From: Streblomastix strix
Taxonomy: Eukaryota
Assembly: GCA_008636045.1 (NCBI GenBank)
Contig: SNRW01000051.1
Coordinates: 1 to 34,580, forward strand
Length of the DNA: 34,580 nt
Reading direction: 5' to 3'
The notes beneath the pieces were generated by a model that did no database searches, was not told where the DNA came from, and saw nothing but the letters and a program-made list of their open reading frames with translations. A program made the translations under genes and the position numbers. Below are positions 10,555 through 21,402 of this stretch, one piece after another (position 1 is the first letter of the stretch; each line of letters starts with the position of its first letter).

Positions 10555-13500
10555 TCAATTATCTTAAAATGAGTAATCCTTAGATTAAAGACCGAAAATA
10601 AACGGGCAACAACTCTAGTTCTCTAGTACGATGGCTTTTGTATGAATTCCGGTAATTCCGTTCTTTTCTATAGATAACTAGCTCATCTAATGATTCTTCT
10701 ATCCCAATCTCATATTAGTGCATTTTGTTATTTTTCCTTCATTAATGCAATCGACTATCTATGCTTTAGTGATTTTGTTAGTTTTCTAATTAACTCCTTT
10801 TAATTTTATTTTTGAATTGCCATTATAATTAGTTTCAATCATGTAATTTTTAGGAGCTAATGCAATCATTGATATTCCTTATCTTTCGATCGCTAATCCC
10901 AATATCTTCTTCTCATCATATACGTCACCTCTAATCGTGGGAAAGTAATATTTAGCATTATCATTATAAAATTCTCGATCATTAATTACAGCATTAAATT
11001 ACTAAGTAAAATCTTCATTTGGATTACCACTAATTGCCCAATAAGCTGAATCAGTATCTCCTTCAATAAAATGTATGCGATTCATATCTAAGCATTTATA
11101 CATGAAATTATATATGAAATTTAGATACCAATATTTAGCGTTATCCAATACAAAGAAAGCTACTTATAATGGTGTTTTACAGCTACAGTTTTCTGGATTC
11201 ATTTGTACAAGATAACTGTCTTCTGATATCTTTTGCTCATCCATGAACGCATTAGATCTAATTGCTCTTTCTGTCTACTTCTTATTCATTATTTTTACTT
11301 TATGATATTTCTCAGTGTTCATACCATCGCTGCCATATGAACTATTCATAACTATCTTAAAGAATTATTCTTATCCTTTATTTTCATCTAATTTTGCTTC
11401 AATCCTGTTTTTTGTAAATTCCTTAATAAATGAATTGAATTAATCATGTTTATTGAACAACACTATCTATTTCACATCATCTATAATAAAATGGCAATCA
11501 TCAATTAAGAACCATAGATAATATGAGCTAAATGCCATATATTCTCCCATCGTTGATGTAAGATTAGTTAGTTTCCTTTATTTTTGATCTGTCTTAACAT
11601 TATTGTTTTTCATATGATTAAACATATAACTACCGATAGTTCTTTCATCTGTTGTGAATTCATAATTCCTTAGAATTGGTGGGAAATTAATGTAATCGTT
11701 AATATAATTCTAATCAATGTGGCCTTTAACTTCTGCTATGAATAATTAGCCATTTTCTGTAAATCTCTTTTTGCTATTAATTATTCGCTATATTGTTTAT
11801 TTTGAATGGTCATCATTTCCCATAATCTTACCTGTCTATGATCCACACATATACATCTTATCATTAGTATACTTAATAAATTTATGTTGCTCTGATGACA
11901 TAACACTAGGATATAATGAATTGAAATCAACACCAACTACATGTGTTATTCGATGATCAGTTGTTAAAACTGTTACCTTCTTATTATCTTTATCATATTA
12001 GATACGTTTTATGAAATCAATTCCTGATCTATTAACTCGATGCATTACATTCGATAATCCACCTGTTATCCACTTTCTGACTAAATGATATACATCAATA
12101 TCTGTTAAGTTAGTTGGTAAACATCTTATCATACAATATTTACGTAATTATATGAACAATTTACCTATATTTTTATCTTTATCACTGCAGAAGCAATTAC
12201 AGTATAAACAACAGGGCTAAACATTATCTATTGAATGGCACTTTGAATTATCGATTCTATCTAATGTTGGCTTATTATTACATGTAAATTTACATCCACA
12301 AATGATGCAATTAGATTCATTGAATAATCGTTTGAAATATTCATAATCACTGTCTTTTACATTATTTTTTACATCTCTCTTTTTATGTTTATCTTGCTAT
12401 AGATATCCTTTCACTTTGCTCTACCAATATTGCTCAGTTAAATGAAATTTTTATGATTAATCTTCAAAATTAGGATATACTCCATTAATGTCAAAATCTT
12501 CATACGCTTTGGCATATTTGATAGCATTAGAGCATGCCGCCATACTCATAAAACTAAACATATCAATCTTATATTTAAATTGTAAGCTAATTAGAGTCAT
12601 TAATGGTTTGATCATTATATATGTATCTTACTCATTATAGAATTGTAGGTAATCCCATCTATTTTTAAATCGTTTTGCATCATCTAGATAAATCTAATAA
12701 TCCTTCTAACTAATCTTGGTTTTCTTTAATGATGAATTGAAATCTTCCATTGAAAATGGCTCTGATTTACTAAGTATTTCATTAACGTTATCAGTGTTGA
12801 AACATTCATCGGGAAATAATCCTTTTTTATCATCATATCCGTCACCAAAATCTTTAGCTGCCTATCTTAATTCCATTGGTTATAGATACGTTAACATATC
12901 AACAAATTTCACTTTCAAATTCAATTTTTTATGATTTACAATTATTAACTTTGCTGTTGATGAGCTACCAGTATAATTAATGATTGTCCAATCTTTACAT
13001 TACATTAATGATATAATTAATGATATATCAAATCTTGAGCTATTGAATCCAACTATTGGCACTTCAACTGAATTTGGAATTGTTATATCTATTGTCCAAG
13101 CCGCCGCTATTAGATATTAATTATCAGCATTAACTTATTCTGCTTCTTTAAATAATTAATTTAACCATTAAACTATGAAATTTGATCCATCCTATTAACT
13201 AAAGAAGATTTTCTTAATCCCTTATTTGTTTCGAATAGTTGATGCAACTGATAAAGGAAATAGTTCATACATTTAATAACTTGATTTACCAAACTTTTTA
13301 TTAACGATTTTAGGTACTGTTTCAAGATCATATGTGATGAAATATTGTGTAGGTTTATATTCATTTTCTCTACCATTTGCTAATAGATACTGAAAAGTCT
13401 TATTGTGCATGATATGTGGACAATAAGGTTTTTAGATATAATCCAGTTTAACTTTCTTAATAATTTTTCCACCATTATTCTCACATTTAATAGTGTGTTT

Positions 13501-15144
13501 CTCATAGTCTCTTGAATAATTTTTATCTTTAGGATCGAATGCTTTTAAGTTACAATGTGGGCAAAATTTAAATCCAGTTAATGCTTATTTATTAGCTATA
13601 GCAAATGCATGAGAAATCTTATTTTCCTCCCATTCTGATTCAACAACTAATATATCAATTGTCTTAATTACTTCATTTTAATCTTCCTATTAATACATTA
13701 TTTACATTTCTCTATAATAATTCTTATGTTCATTATCGTAATAGTAAATGTCTTAGTTAATTTTTAACTTTTGCGATACTATATTAGCGTATTTAGTTAT
13801 ATCTAATCAATCAAATACCTACAATAAATCAGTCATTTTTCAACTCTTAGAATCGAATGGTATTACTAATACTTAAACTAAATAATCTCTAATAATGCTT
13901 ATAATTGATTCATTTCTATAACTTTTCTCCTATGTATCAGGATGTAATGCTTTTGTTACTGCTGCTATATAGCAATTGTTATTATTTCCAGTATTTTTAT
14001 ATATCACATTTTTGTGATCATTATAGTGAAAATCGATTAATTCTTTCATTCTAGCTCAAACAATTTACGGTTAAAGATTAAATGTCTTGATTAACATTGA
14101 ATAGATAGCTATGAATCTTTACTTTGTACTATCTATTATATAACTTTACATATTAATTATCTCAGCTTTAATATATTGTTAAAACTCTTCAATAACATCT
14201 TAATTTTATATAACTTTAGGAGAATGTTCTTATATACGCGTATCTCCAGGTAAAATATATATATTCAACTTAAATTTAATCATTCTAATCATGCCTAAAT
14301 TCTTCATAAATGACTCCAAAATTGAATTGTTTCTTGAACGCTTAATGGTGTTATGCTTCATAAACTTCATCTACAAACATCTCAATAATTGATAATGATT
14401 AGATAACATTGTTATAATGTAATTGATTTAATTGGCCCCGCTATTCATCAATTTAATTTATTGTTCGTTCACGATTGAAACCTGTTCTTGCACTATCAAC
14501 TTTATCAATGAATTATTCCATATTCTCAGGTTGAAAATACAATATAAAACCTGCATCATTTTCTATTTAATTAACGTCTTTTCCATTATCCTGATTAATT
14601 TTATCTTTAATCTCTTTATTTTATTGTGCAATTATTTGGTATTGAATATTCGCTTCTTATTCTTCTTCCATTATTCTTCTAGCTTATTCCTATTCTTCTA
14701 TGATATAATTAGTCCAGAAATCATTAGCTTATTGTTACTCTTATTATTAACGATATTCCAATAAATCCTATTTATATTGGTTCTAATGATAATGAGTTAA
14801 ATCTTAATATAATTATTGGTTCTATTCTTATATCTCATCATAGTAGTTATCAGCTTATTGTTGCTATTATTCTCTACGATATTCCTATAAATCTTAATCG
14901 TATTGATTCTATTTGAAATGATTAATCATATCTCTTGCTTATACGACTTACATATTGTATTAATGTACTTATTTTAGATGTGCTTTCAATTCATAATAGT
15001 TACTTCTTCCTTATTTATTACAATCAATCTTGTTTAAATATTCATTGAGTTATTCTTTATGTTAATCTATTTTAATGATTCATTGACGTTTTTGTTGTTG
15101 ATCTTGATCAGCTTAACAATCTCCGCTTTCTTCAGGTAAACCAT
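10555..15144 (-). pseudogene. Protein-primed family B DNA polymerase: decayed N-terminal terminal-protein/vOTU-like region plus intact exonuclease-HNH-polymerase core (10555-13806 open)
   Basis: Motifs ExoI YDLET, ExoII GFNSSRFD, ExoIII FYNEQD, motif A DFNSLYPS, motif B KIVMNSSYG, motif C EGDTDS, PKNY and KLKGV. There is no TGA in 10555-13806, but stops occur at 13807, 13840 and 14056 and frameshifts occur further upstream. Confidence 0.95.
14726..14935. repeat. Two-copy 126-bp-period tandem duplication in the pPolB N-terminal region
   Basis: AGCTTATTGTT...CGATATTCC.ATAAATC occurs at 14726 and 14852, encoding QDLLEYRQQQEQQQANDF and DLQEYRREQQQQQADNY. Confidence 0.7.
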
Positions 15145-15191
15145 TTGTTAAAAATAATAACCAAATATAGAACAATAATAATTTAGACGCC

Positions 15192-16662
15192 TCATTAAAA
15201 TTATACCTCTAACAATAAATTATTATACATATCTATATATTACATAGGTATTTTTCTTCCAAACTTATCATATAATGTAAACACTAACGTTTTGTTCTAT
15301 CCTATTAAGCATTATTGACTCATCATATTCTATCCCCATAGTACTGGTGCATCAATCAAATTTTGTTTAAAGCATACATTAAAGAACCCATTACCACCAA
15401 CTGATTACATAGTTATTCCTTATAATTGATTTGATTCACAAATTATTAACATTTATGGATACTCTAGAAAATTCCCTATATATTGACAGAATATTGGTAA
15501 ATCAACTTTTAAGCTTTCACTATTATGTTTCATTTAATGGAACCATACTTCTAGATCAATTTACTTAATTGCTGATGCTAAATTAACAAATTAATTAGCG
15601 CTATTTTCATTCAATCCTTTATATAGATCTTATCCACCAACTAATTGAACATACAGATTTGGTGAAACTATTATACGATTTGCCAACCAATAAATGTTAT
15701 TTTATTAACAATAATCAGTCACAACTTATGGTATAAATTATCCATAATAATTAGTTCTTCCATCAGCTGTATAAACATCTTACCATTCGCCTATAGATTA
15801 TGCAGGTAATGGACTGATAATTCTAACTGGAAATGTGTTAATATTATTAATGATTTATTACATTGTTTATTGTTATACATTAATCGGTTAAGTATCAGAT
15901 GTAGTAAATATTCCATTAGTATTTATAACAACTTACTTACAAAATAGATATCTAATTGATGGACCATTCCCTTTTGTAAAATGTTTTGGCTAAATAGATG
16001 TAATATAATTATTTGATGTAGGGCAATATAATGGTATTAATCTAATCATTCGATATAACTCATTAACTGTGGAATCTAAGATCCAATAATGATAAAGAAT
16101 TGCATCGATTCTAAGATTAATGCAATTGATCGCTGAATTCACTAAATCTTATCCATAATTCTAGTTTAATGGGAATAGATTATTCTAAAGTTTTTATACA
16201 TGTTCATTCATTGAATTATTGAAGCAAATTGCGCCGCTATTCAAAGTTGATTATGCTCTAAAATATTTCTCTGTTGTATCTGTAAAATTATCATATTAAG
16301 TTAGTGTTATGTATAGCAATTATGAAGTATATTTATAGCCCAGAATTGTTTGATCACTAATATATGCATTATTTAGAGCTGTATTCAAATTAATACGAAT
16401 TGGTTGTAGTCTATCTAGTAATTAGCAATGAAACAGATCTTCTCCTATCAATTGTTTGAAATAGGTTTTCCTTGAATAAGTTGATACTATATTATGCTAT
16501 ATTTCTATATATAGTCGTTATTCAAGTAATATGTTAAATTAATTGTTATGTTATTTATACTATTAACTTAAAACTTTATCAACCGCTAGGGATAGTTGCC
16601 TATCATTTTATATAATCCTTATCTGAATCTTAATTGATAATTTGTAAGCCAATATTAGTCAT
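15192..16662 (-). pseudogene. Putative minor capsid (penton, single jelly-roll) protein, ~490 codons, N-terminus disrupted
   Basis: The C-terminus TLVFTLYDKFGRKIPMQYIDMYNNLLLEVQFQ* fits the hxhxLxDxxGRx...hxLxhxF pattern of Polinton/PLV pentons. TGAs and frameshifts occur in the first ~55 codons. Confidence 0.65.
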
Positions 16663-16692
16663 TTTATTAAAAATAAATTAGATCAACATCTT

Positions 16693-17061
16693 TCATTTAA
16701 ATACTATATCAATTTCATTGTTGCTGATTAGCTATTTTCTGAAGAAATTTCAATAATTTCTTTTAATTAATCCATCTTGAGGTGTTTGTTATATTAATTT
16801 AGTATAAATCTCATTTCTATCTCAGGATCATTCTTTGTAGCTACTGATACCAGCTAATTCAGAAACATTGAATAGACCATGAATTCTTCTCCTCTTATCC
16901 GTTAGGCTAGCCGCTTCGCAGTTATTTTTGCTATTATTTTTATTTCGAATAATATTATCAATTCATTAAGGCAATTATCAATAAAATACTTGAAGCGATT
17001 ATCAGTACATCTAAGATTGCATTGTATGTCATTTGCTAATAACTAAAATTATTATTAACAT
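16693..17061 (-). pseudogene. Small hypothetical protein (~120 aa), frameshift at the start
   Basis: Open stretch LANDIQCNLRCTDNRFKYFIDNCLNEL...KNDPEIEMRFILNQYNKHLKMDQLKEII...LIVFK*. The ATG at 17061 is out of frame with it. Confidence 0.5.
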
Positions 17062-17068
17062 TAATAAA

Positions 17069-18224
17069 ATGTCTAAAAAAGAGGAATAGTAAGAATAAGA
17101 ATAAAGGATTATAAAGTATCGTAAAAAGGCTGGTAAAAAGGCATAAAATGTAGAAAAATACATTACCTTAAGTTGAGAATATAAATTATTTCATGACATT
17201 AAGATAGCCATTTTAATTTAGAGGTAGTGTAGTCAGACAATAATAAATATAAAAAGTACCGATATTTTATCATAATTAGGCAAATATTAATTTGTTTAAA
17301 GTAGACTTGGAAAAATATAAAAATAATAATTAATTGAGTAAATTTAATAAAGAGATTAAGAAATTACAAAAGCTGAAGCAAATGCTGCAATTTTTGGACA
17401 TAAGTCTACAACAGCATAGTAACGAATATATGGCTCATATAACGGATATGATTTGATAAATGATGCAAATTAAACAAATGATATTATTTTTATATGGCCT
17501 AGATCTATAAGCTGGAATCGATAATAGATTAGCTAATTAAAATTATTTAATAAATATTAGTGCACGAATAAGTGTAGTAAACTAAGATATAGGATCTAGA
17601 TAACTTCCAACTGCTCCAAATCATAGTATTGATGATAGTTAAGAATAAATCAGGCGGTAGTTTGCTGGAGAACCATCTGTAGCATATAGTGATATTAAAT
17701 CAGATGGTGAACTTAGGGAAAAAGATTATCCTGATAATTAATCAACAAACTCAGTGCCTAATTATTATAGCTATTAATATAATGATAATCAGCCGTTTAA
17801 TTATCCTTTAATTTAATAAACTGATTTTGCTCCACCACTTACAATTGCAGAAGTGGAATCAGAAAATAATCATAATAGATGCATAAAAGGATAATATTTA
17901 CTTCTTAGTGGCTAAGAAATGAATAAAAACATGTAATATTTAGGAGGATTAGATTGATTATTAAATCCAGTAAATAAATACTATGGAAAAACACCATATA
18001 TACCAAAACCAATTGACTATTATCTATAAGATCGCACATTAACTGTAAGATAAAGAAAACGATACTTAGACAAAGAAGAACAATTAAATAAACCCAAGCC
18101 AAAAATAAACTACATTAGAGCAGGTGAAATGACTAAATAAGTTGAAGCATAAGGAAAATTGAAAAAATAAACAAGAAGAAGGAAATCAAAGTCTCCTATT
18201 AAAAAAAAGTCAAAGAAACATTGA
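17069..18224 (+). pseudogene. Decayed hypothetical protein with basic N- and C-termini (possible DNA-binding core protein)
   Basis: Reads MSKKEEQQEQEQRIIKYRKKAGKK...KKQTRRRKSKSPIKKKSKKH*, with internal TGAs and frameshifts. The function is inferred only from charge. Confidence 0.5.
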
Positions 18225-18229
18225 AAGTA

Positions 18230-18469
18230 TCATTAAAGTTTCAATAAATCAAGTATCTAAATTAAAATATCATCTGATATAATGTTTTTACTTAATATAT
18301 CGATTATCGTTGATTAATCATTTGAAATTTATTGCTTAAATTATTTTTACTTAAAACATTATCTTTTCTTAGCTTCTCCACGTTATTTCTTAGCCATTTC
18401 ATATGCTTCTTATTCAGTAAAATATTTCTTAGGTCAACCAACTTTTTAAGTTACTTATTTTATTTGCAT
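18230..18469 (-). pseudogene. Small AT-hook-like DNA-binding protein
   Basis: MQIKQVTQKVG*PKKYFTEQEAYEMAKKQRGEAKKRQ...LLKLQ*. The TGA at 18434-18436 sits where Arg would complete GRPKK. Confidence 0.55.
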
Positions 18470-18508
18470 ACTTTGTTCACTTTCTATTTATTTACCAAGA
18501 AAAAATAA

Positions 18509-19669
18509 TCATTAGAGTTTAAATGTTCTCTTATATTTTTCTTTTAATGTTTCAATACTATTTGCAACGATATTTGTGTAATATATTGGAACTTCTACAA
18601 TTTTAATATCCTAATACGGTTTCTATAGTTCACATACAGCATTTGCATGCTCATATCGAATAAAAGTAGCTATTTCATTAAATTATATACGATATTTTTT
18701 TAATCCATGAGCTGTCTTTTTCAAATCAAGATGTATAGTTATTATATTACCTTTCTTTAGATCTAATAGATTATCTTTATTTTATAATTCTTTAACATCA
18801 GCTAATTCCTTCATTTTTTATCTAATATATATTCCTTCAAAATCTTCATTCTAATTTACTACATTAGGAGAGAATTTTTATTTAAAAGCATTATGTTTTG
18901 CGTTATTGTAATCATCAACTACCTATTATAATTACTTTTTAATAGCCAATAATTAAGGATCATTTTCAAACGCATCCCTAATCGTTCTAACTACTGAATC
19001 AACTACTCTATTTTTATTAATGAAAGGAGATGAATTATAGAAGTATTTTATACCAGTTTCGTGAAGATATTACTTAATCTTTTGACTTCCCACCGTTGAT
19101 TCGCCATCTGATCTAATGTTACTAACAATCTGATTTGACTTAAGTAATCTTAAACATCTAAATAGTTCATTTGCTGATTTATCTTTGATTGGAAATACTA
19201 CTAAATATTTAGTGCTAATATTAATACAAAATAGATAATGCTAAATTATTTTATTAATTGTTGGATGCATTATAAATATTACATCAATTTCCCAGCTCCA
19301 TAATTCTGTTGAGATGTATGGACGTTTATACTTCTTTAATGGTTTCAATTTAATATCTTACACTATATCGGTTTTATTCTTAACTTTACTGCTAAATGGG
19401 TTCTTAATTTTAGTTGGTTCCTATTAACTTTTTGATTTTTTTAAGGATTAACGTTTGATTTTATTCGTTCAGCATGATATTTTTAGAAATTATCAAGATA
19501 AAACTTATATTATTAAGAAATAGTTTTATCTTCGAATTATTCCTCTAAATTATTGATAGTGAATTACTTTTTAAAATACAAAATTCAAATTCTTAATGAA
19601 ATCCACTAAATTAATTTTATCAACTTTGAACGCTTTGCCATCTAAAAATTATATAATTTATTTTTACAT
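18509..19669 (-). pseudogene. Retroviral-like (rve / c-integrase) integrase, frameshifted
   Basis: Motifs WEIDVIF (D 19283-19285), YLFCINISTKYLVVFPI, IRSDGES (D 19106-19108), NRVVDSVVRTIRD (D 18998-19000) and YNNAKH. Frameshifts occur in the N-terminal part. This agrees with the 6-bp TSD. Confidence 0.88.
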
Positions 19670-19810
19670 TTATTTTATGTAATTATTATTGAAAATAATC
19701 CTTTCAAAAAATTTTAAAAATAATTGTTTGGAATTTCAAAACATTAAATAAGACATTATAATTAATTTAATATAATTTATTTAAATTGGATTATTTTTAT
19801 TATTGCTTTT

Positions 19811-20000
19811 GTCGCTGGGGTCGTAGCATAGGTGCTGAGACACCGAAACTACGGCTTAGGTGGATACGTTCGAATCCCGCTATAACCAATGTTGGATGAC
19901 ATTGAGGAGCATCCGAACACATCAAAAGTACGGATTCCTAACATCACAGCTGTGCCTGAGTTGAGGGTTGTGGCTGCAGCCTCCAACAATCATGGTTTTT
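19811..20000 (+). ncRNA. Putative RNA polymerase III-transcribed structured RNA (~190 nt) with a tRNA-like 5' domain
   Basis: A 51% GC island (91/180 nt) in very AT-rich DNA. It has an A-box-like TAGCATAGGTG (19824-19834), a B box GTTCGAATCC (19868-19877), several stems and TTTTT at 19996-20000. Confidence 0.65.
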
Positions 20001-20030
20001 ATTAAATTTTTTCATTAAATATTTTTAATA

Positions 20031-20988
20031 CAGTCAGGCGATGTTTTTCGTTATTCGTTAGCATTTTGGTTAAATTCAAATGTTTAATTTTGCGAAGACA
20101 TTACAATACTCATCGAATTTCTGTTTTACTTCATAATATAAACCCTTATTACAATAACTTTTGACACAAAACTAAGATAATTCGCTGATACGAGCGGAAT
20201 TTCGCAGATCTACAATTTGCTCAGTAACTTCCCAGATACTTCGTTTTTTTACATTTAACAATCAATAATTTTATTATTTGCATAATTACATAATATACAT
20301 ATTAAAATTATAACAATTTTACAACCAATACACTTGAACAAACAATCAAGAATTTTGGATAATTTGACTTGCAAATTTTGATAGTGCCAAAGCACAATTG
20401 CAGTTCAAACTATGAATGAATGCGAATTGTATAAGTTGACATTATTATATATTAATACTTATCAGAATTATTACTTTTTTATCTTTCAGAATCCAAAATG
20501 ATGGTTGTTTTTGCCGTCAATGCAACCTTTTAGCTTTGCAAGGTTTGTTGCCATCCACTTTTAAAAGATTATATTCATATAAAACACTTTTTATCTACAG
20601 ACATGTTCAAAATTGGAACGATACGAATTGGAGTTGGATGAAATTTTAATAAATTATACTATTCTAGCGATCTACCCAACCAATTTCACCCAAAATCATA
20701 ATTTATGTAGTTTTAATTTTTTATTTTTGTATTTATATTTTTATTTTGTGTTTAAGTACCGTTTTTTATATAAACTTTTTTTTAAATTTATTTTCGTTTA
20801 AAATCGTCGCTTATGGCAGATTCAATAATACAATTTAAGTTTAAATACATTTTTCAGCAAATTTGTTCAATTTATCGTTTCAATTTTTCATTGGTATTAA
20901 AATATTTTCTGAAATTAGCACGTATTTGGTTTTTTTGGAGTGGACTAGTAAAAAAAGCTAAAGAATAACGAAAAACGTCGCCTGACTG
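20031..20988. mobile_element. Tc1/mariner-type non-autonomous element (958 bp) with TA TSD
   Basis: TA|CAGTCAGGCGATGTTTTTCGTTATTCGTTAGC ... GCTAAAGAATAACGAAAAACGTCGCCTGACTG|TA. The TIRs are ~32 bp with 2 mismatches, and no transposase motif was recognised inside. Confidence 0.9.
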
Positions 20989-21402
20989 TATTTTTAACTA
21001 GAAAATCGTTAACTATTGTATTTCTAATTACAAATCAAATTTTATTTAATATTTCTATGTAATTAATTATTTCATATAATTTAACCATAAAATCAAAACA
21101 ATTGAACTATCATGCATGCTACAAAACAAAGTTTAATAAAAACATTAACTTTTTTCGCCAACTCCTCTTATATTTATTTTACTAATTAAATAGTAACACA
21201 GAAAAATCATAAGGATTAACGGTATAATTACTATACACCATTTACTATAACGGTTTGCTGTAATCATAAACGCATTTGAATATTTCTCTGTAGTCGCACA
21301 CTTAGATTAATTAAATACATTGGCGCTATGGATTAGCGTTTATTTATTCATGATTCACATCAGTGTTGTGGATTAATGAATATATGAACGCTTATTCACT
21401 AG

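Noticed and set aside
6426..16662. TGA reassigned to Trp or programmed readthrough, since several in-frame TGAs fall at plausible Trp sites (6942, 8337, 9413, penton N-terminus)
   Set aside because: TGG is used in the same genes, other TGAs replace probable Gly or Arg codons (3580, 18434), frameshifts co-occur, and the 1,084-codon polymerase core has none. Mutational decay is the simpler explanation.
19820..19856. Hammerhead ribozyme (CTGAGA-CACC-GAAAC with GTCGTAG/CTACGGC pairing)
   Set aside because: The core lacks the N of CUGANGA, the cleavage triplet would be GCA rather than NUH, and there is no convincing stem I. It is worth rechecking only in a consensus.
19819..19888. Canonical tRNA gene (Arg-ACG-like loop CTACGGC)
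   Set aside because: The anticodon stem does not pair properly, the arm geometry is non-standard, and structured sequence continues ~110 nt before the T-run.
20100..20700. Transposase remnant inside the Tc1/mariner-type element
   Set aside because: No DDE/D or HTH motif was recognised by eye.
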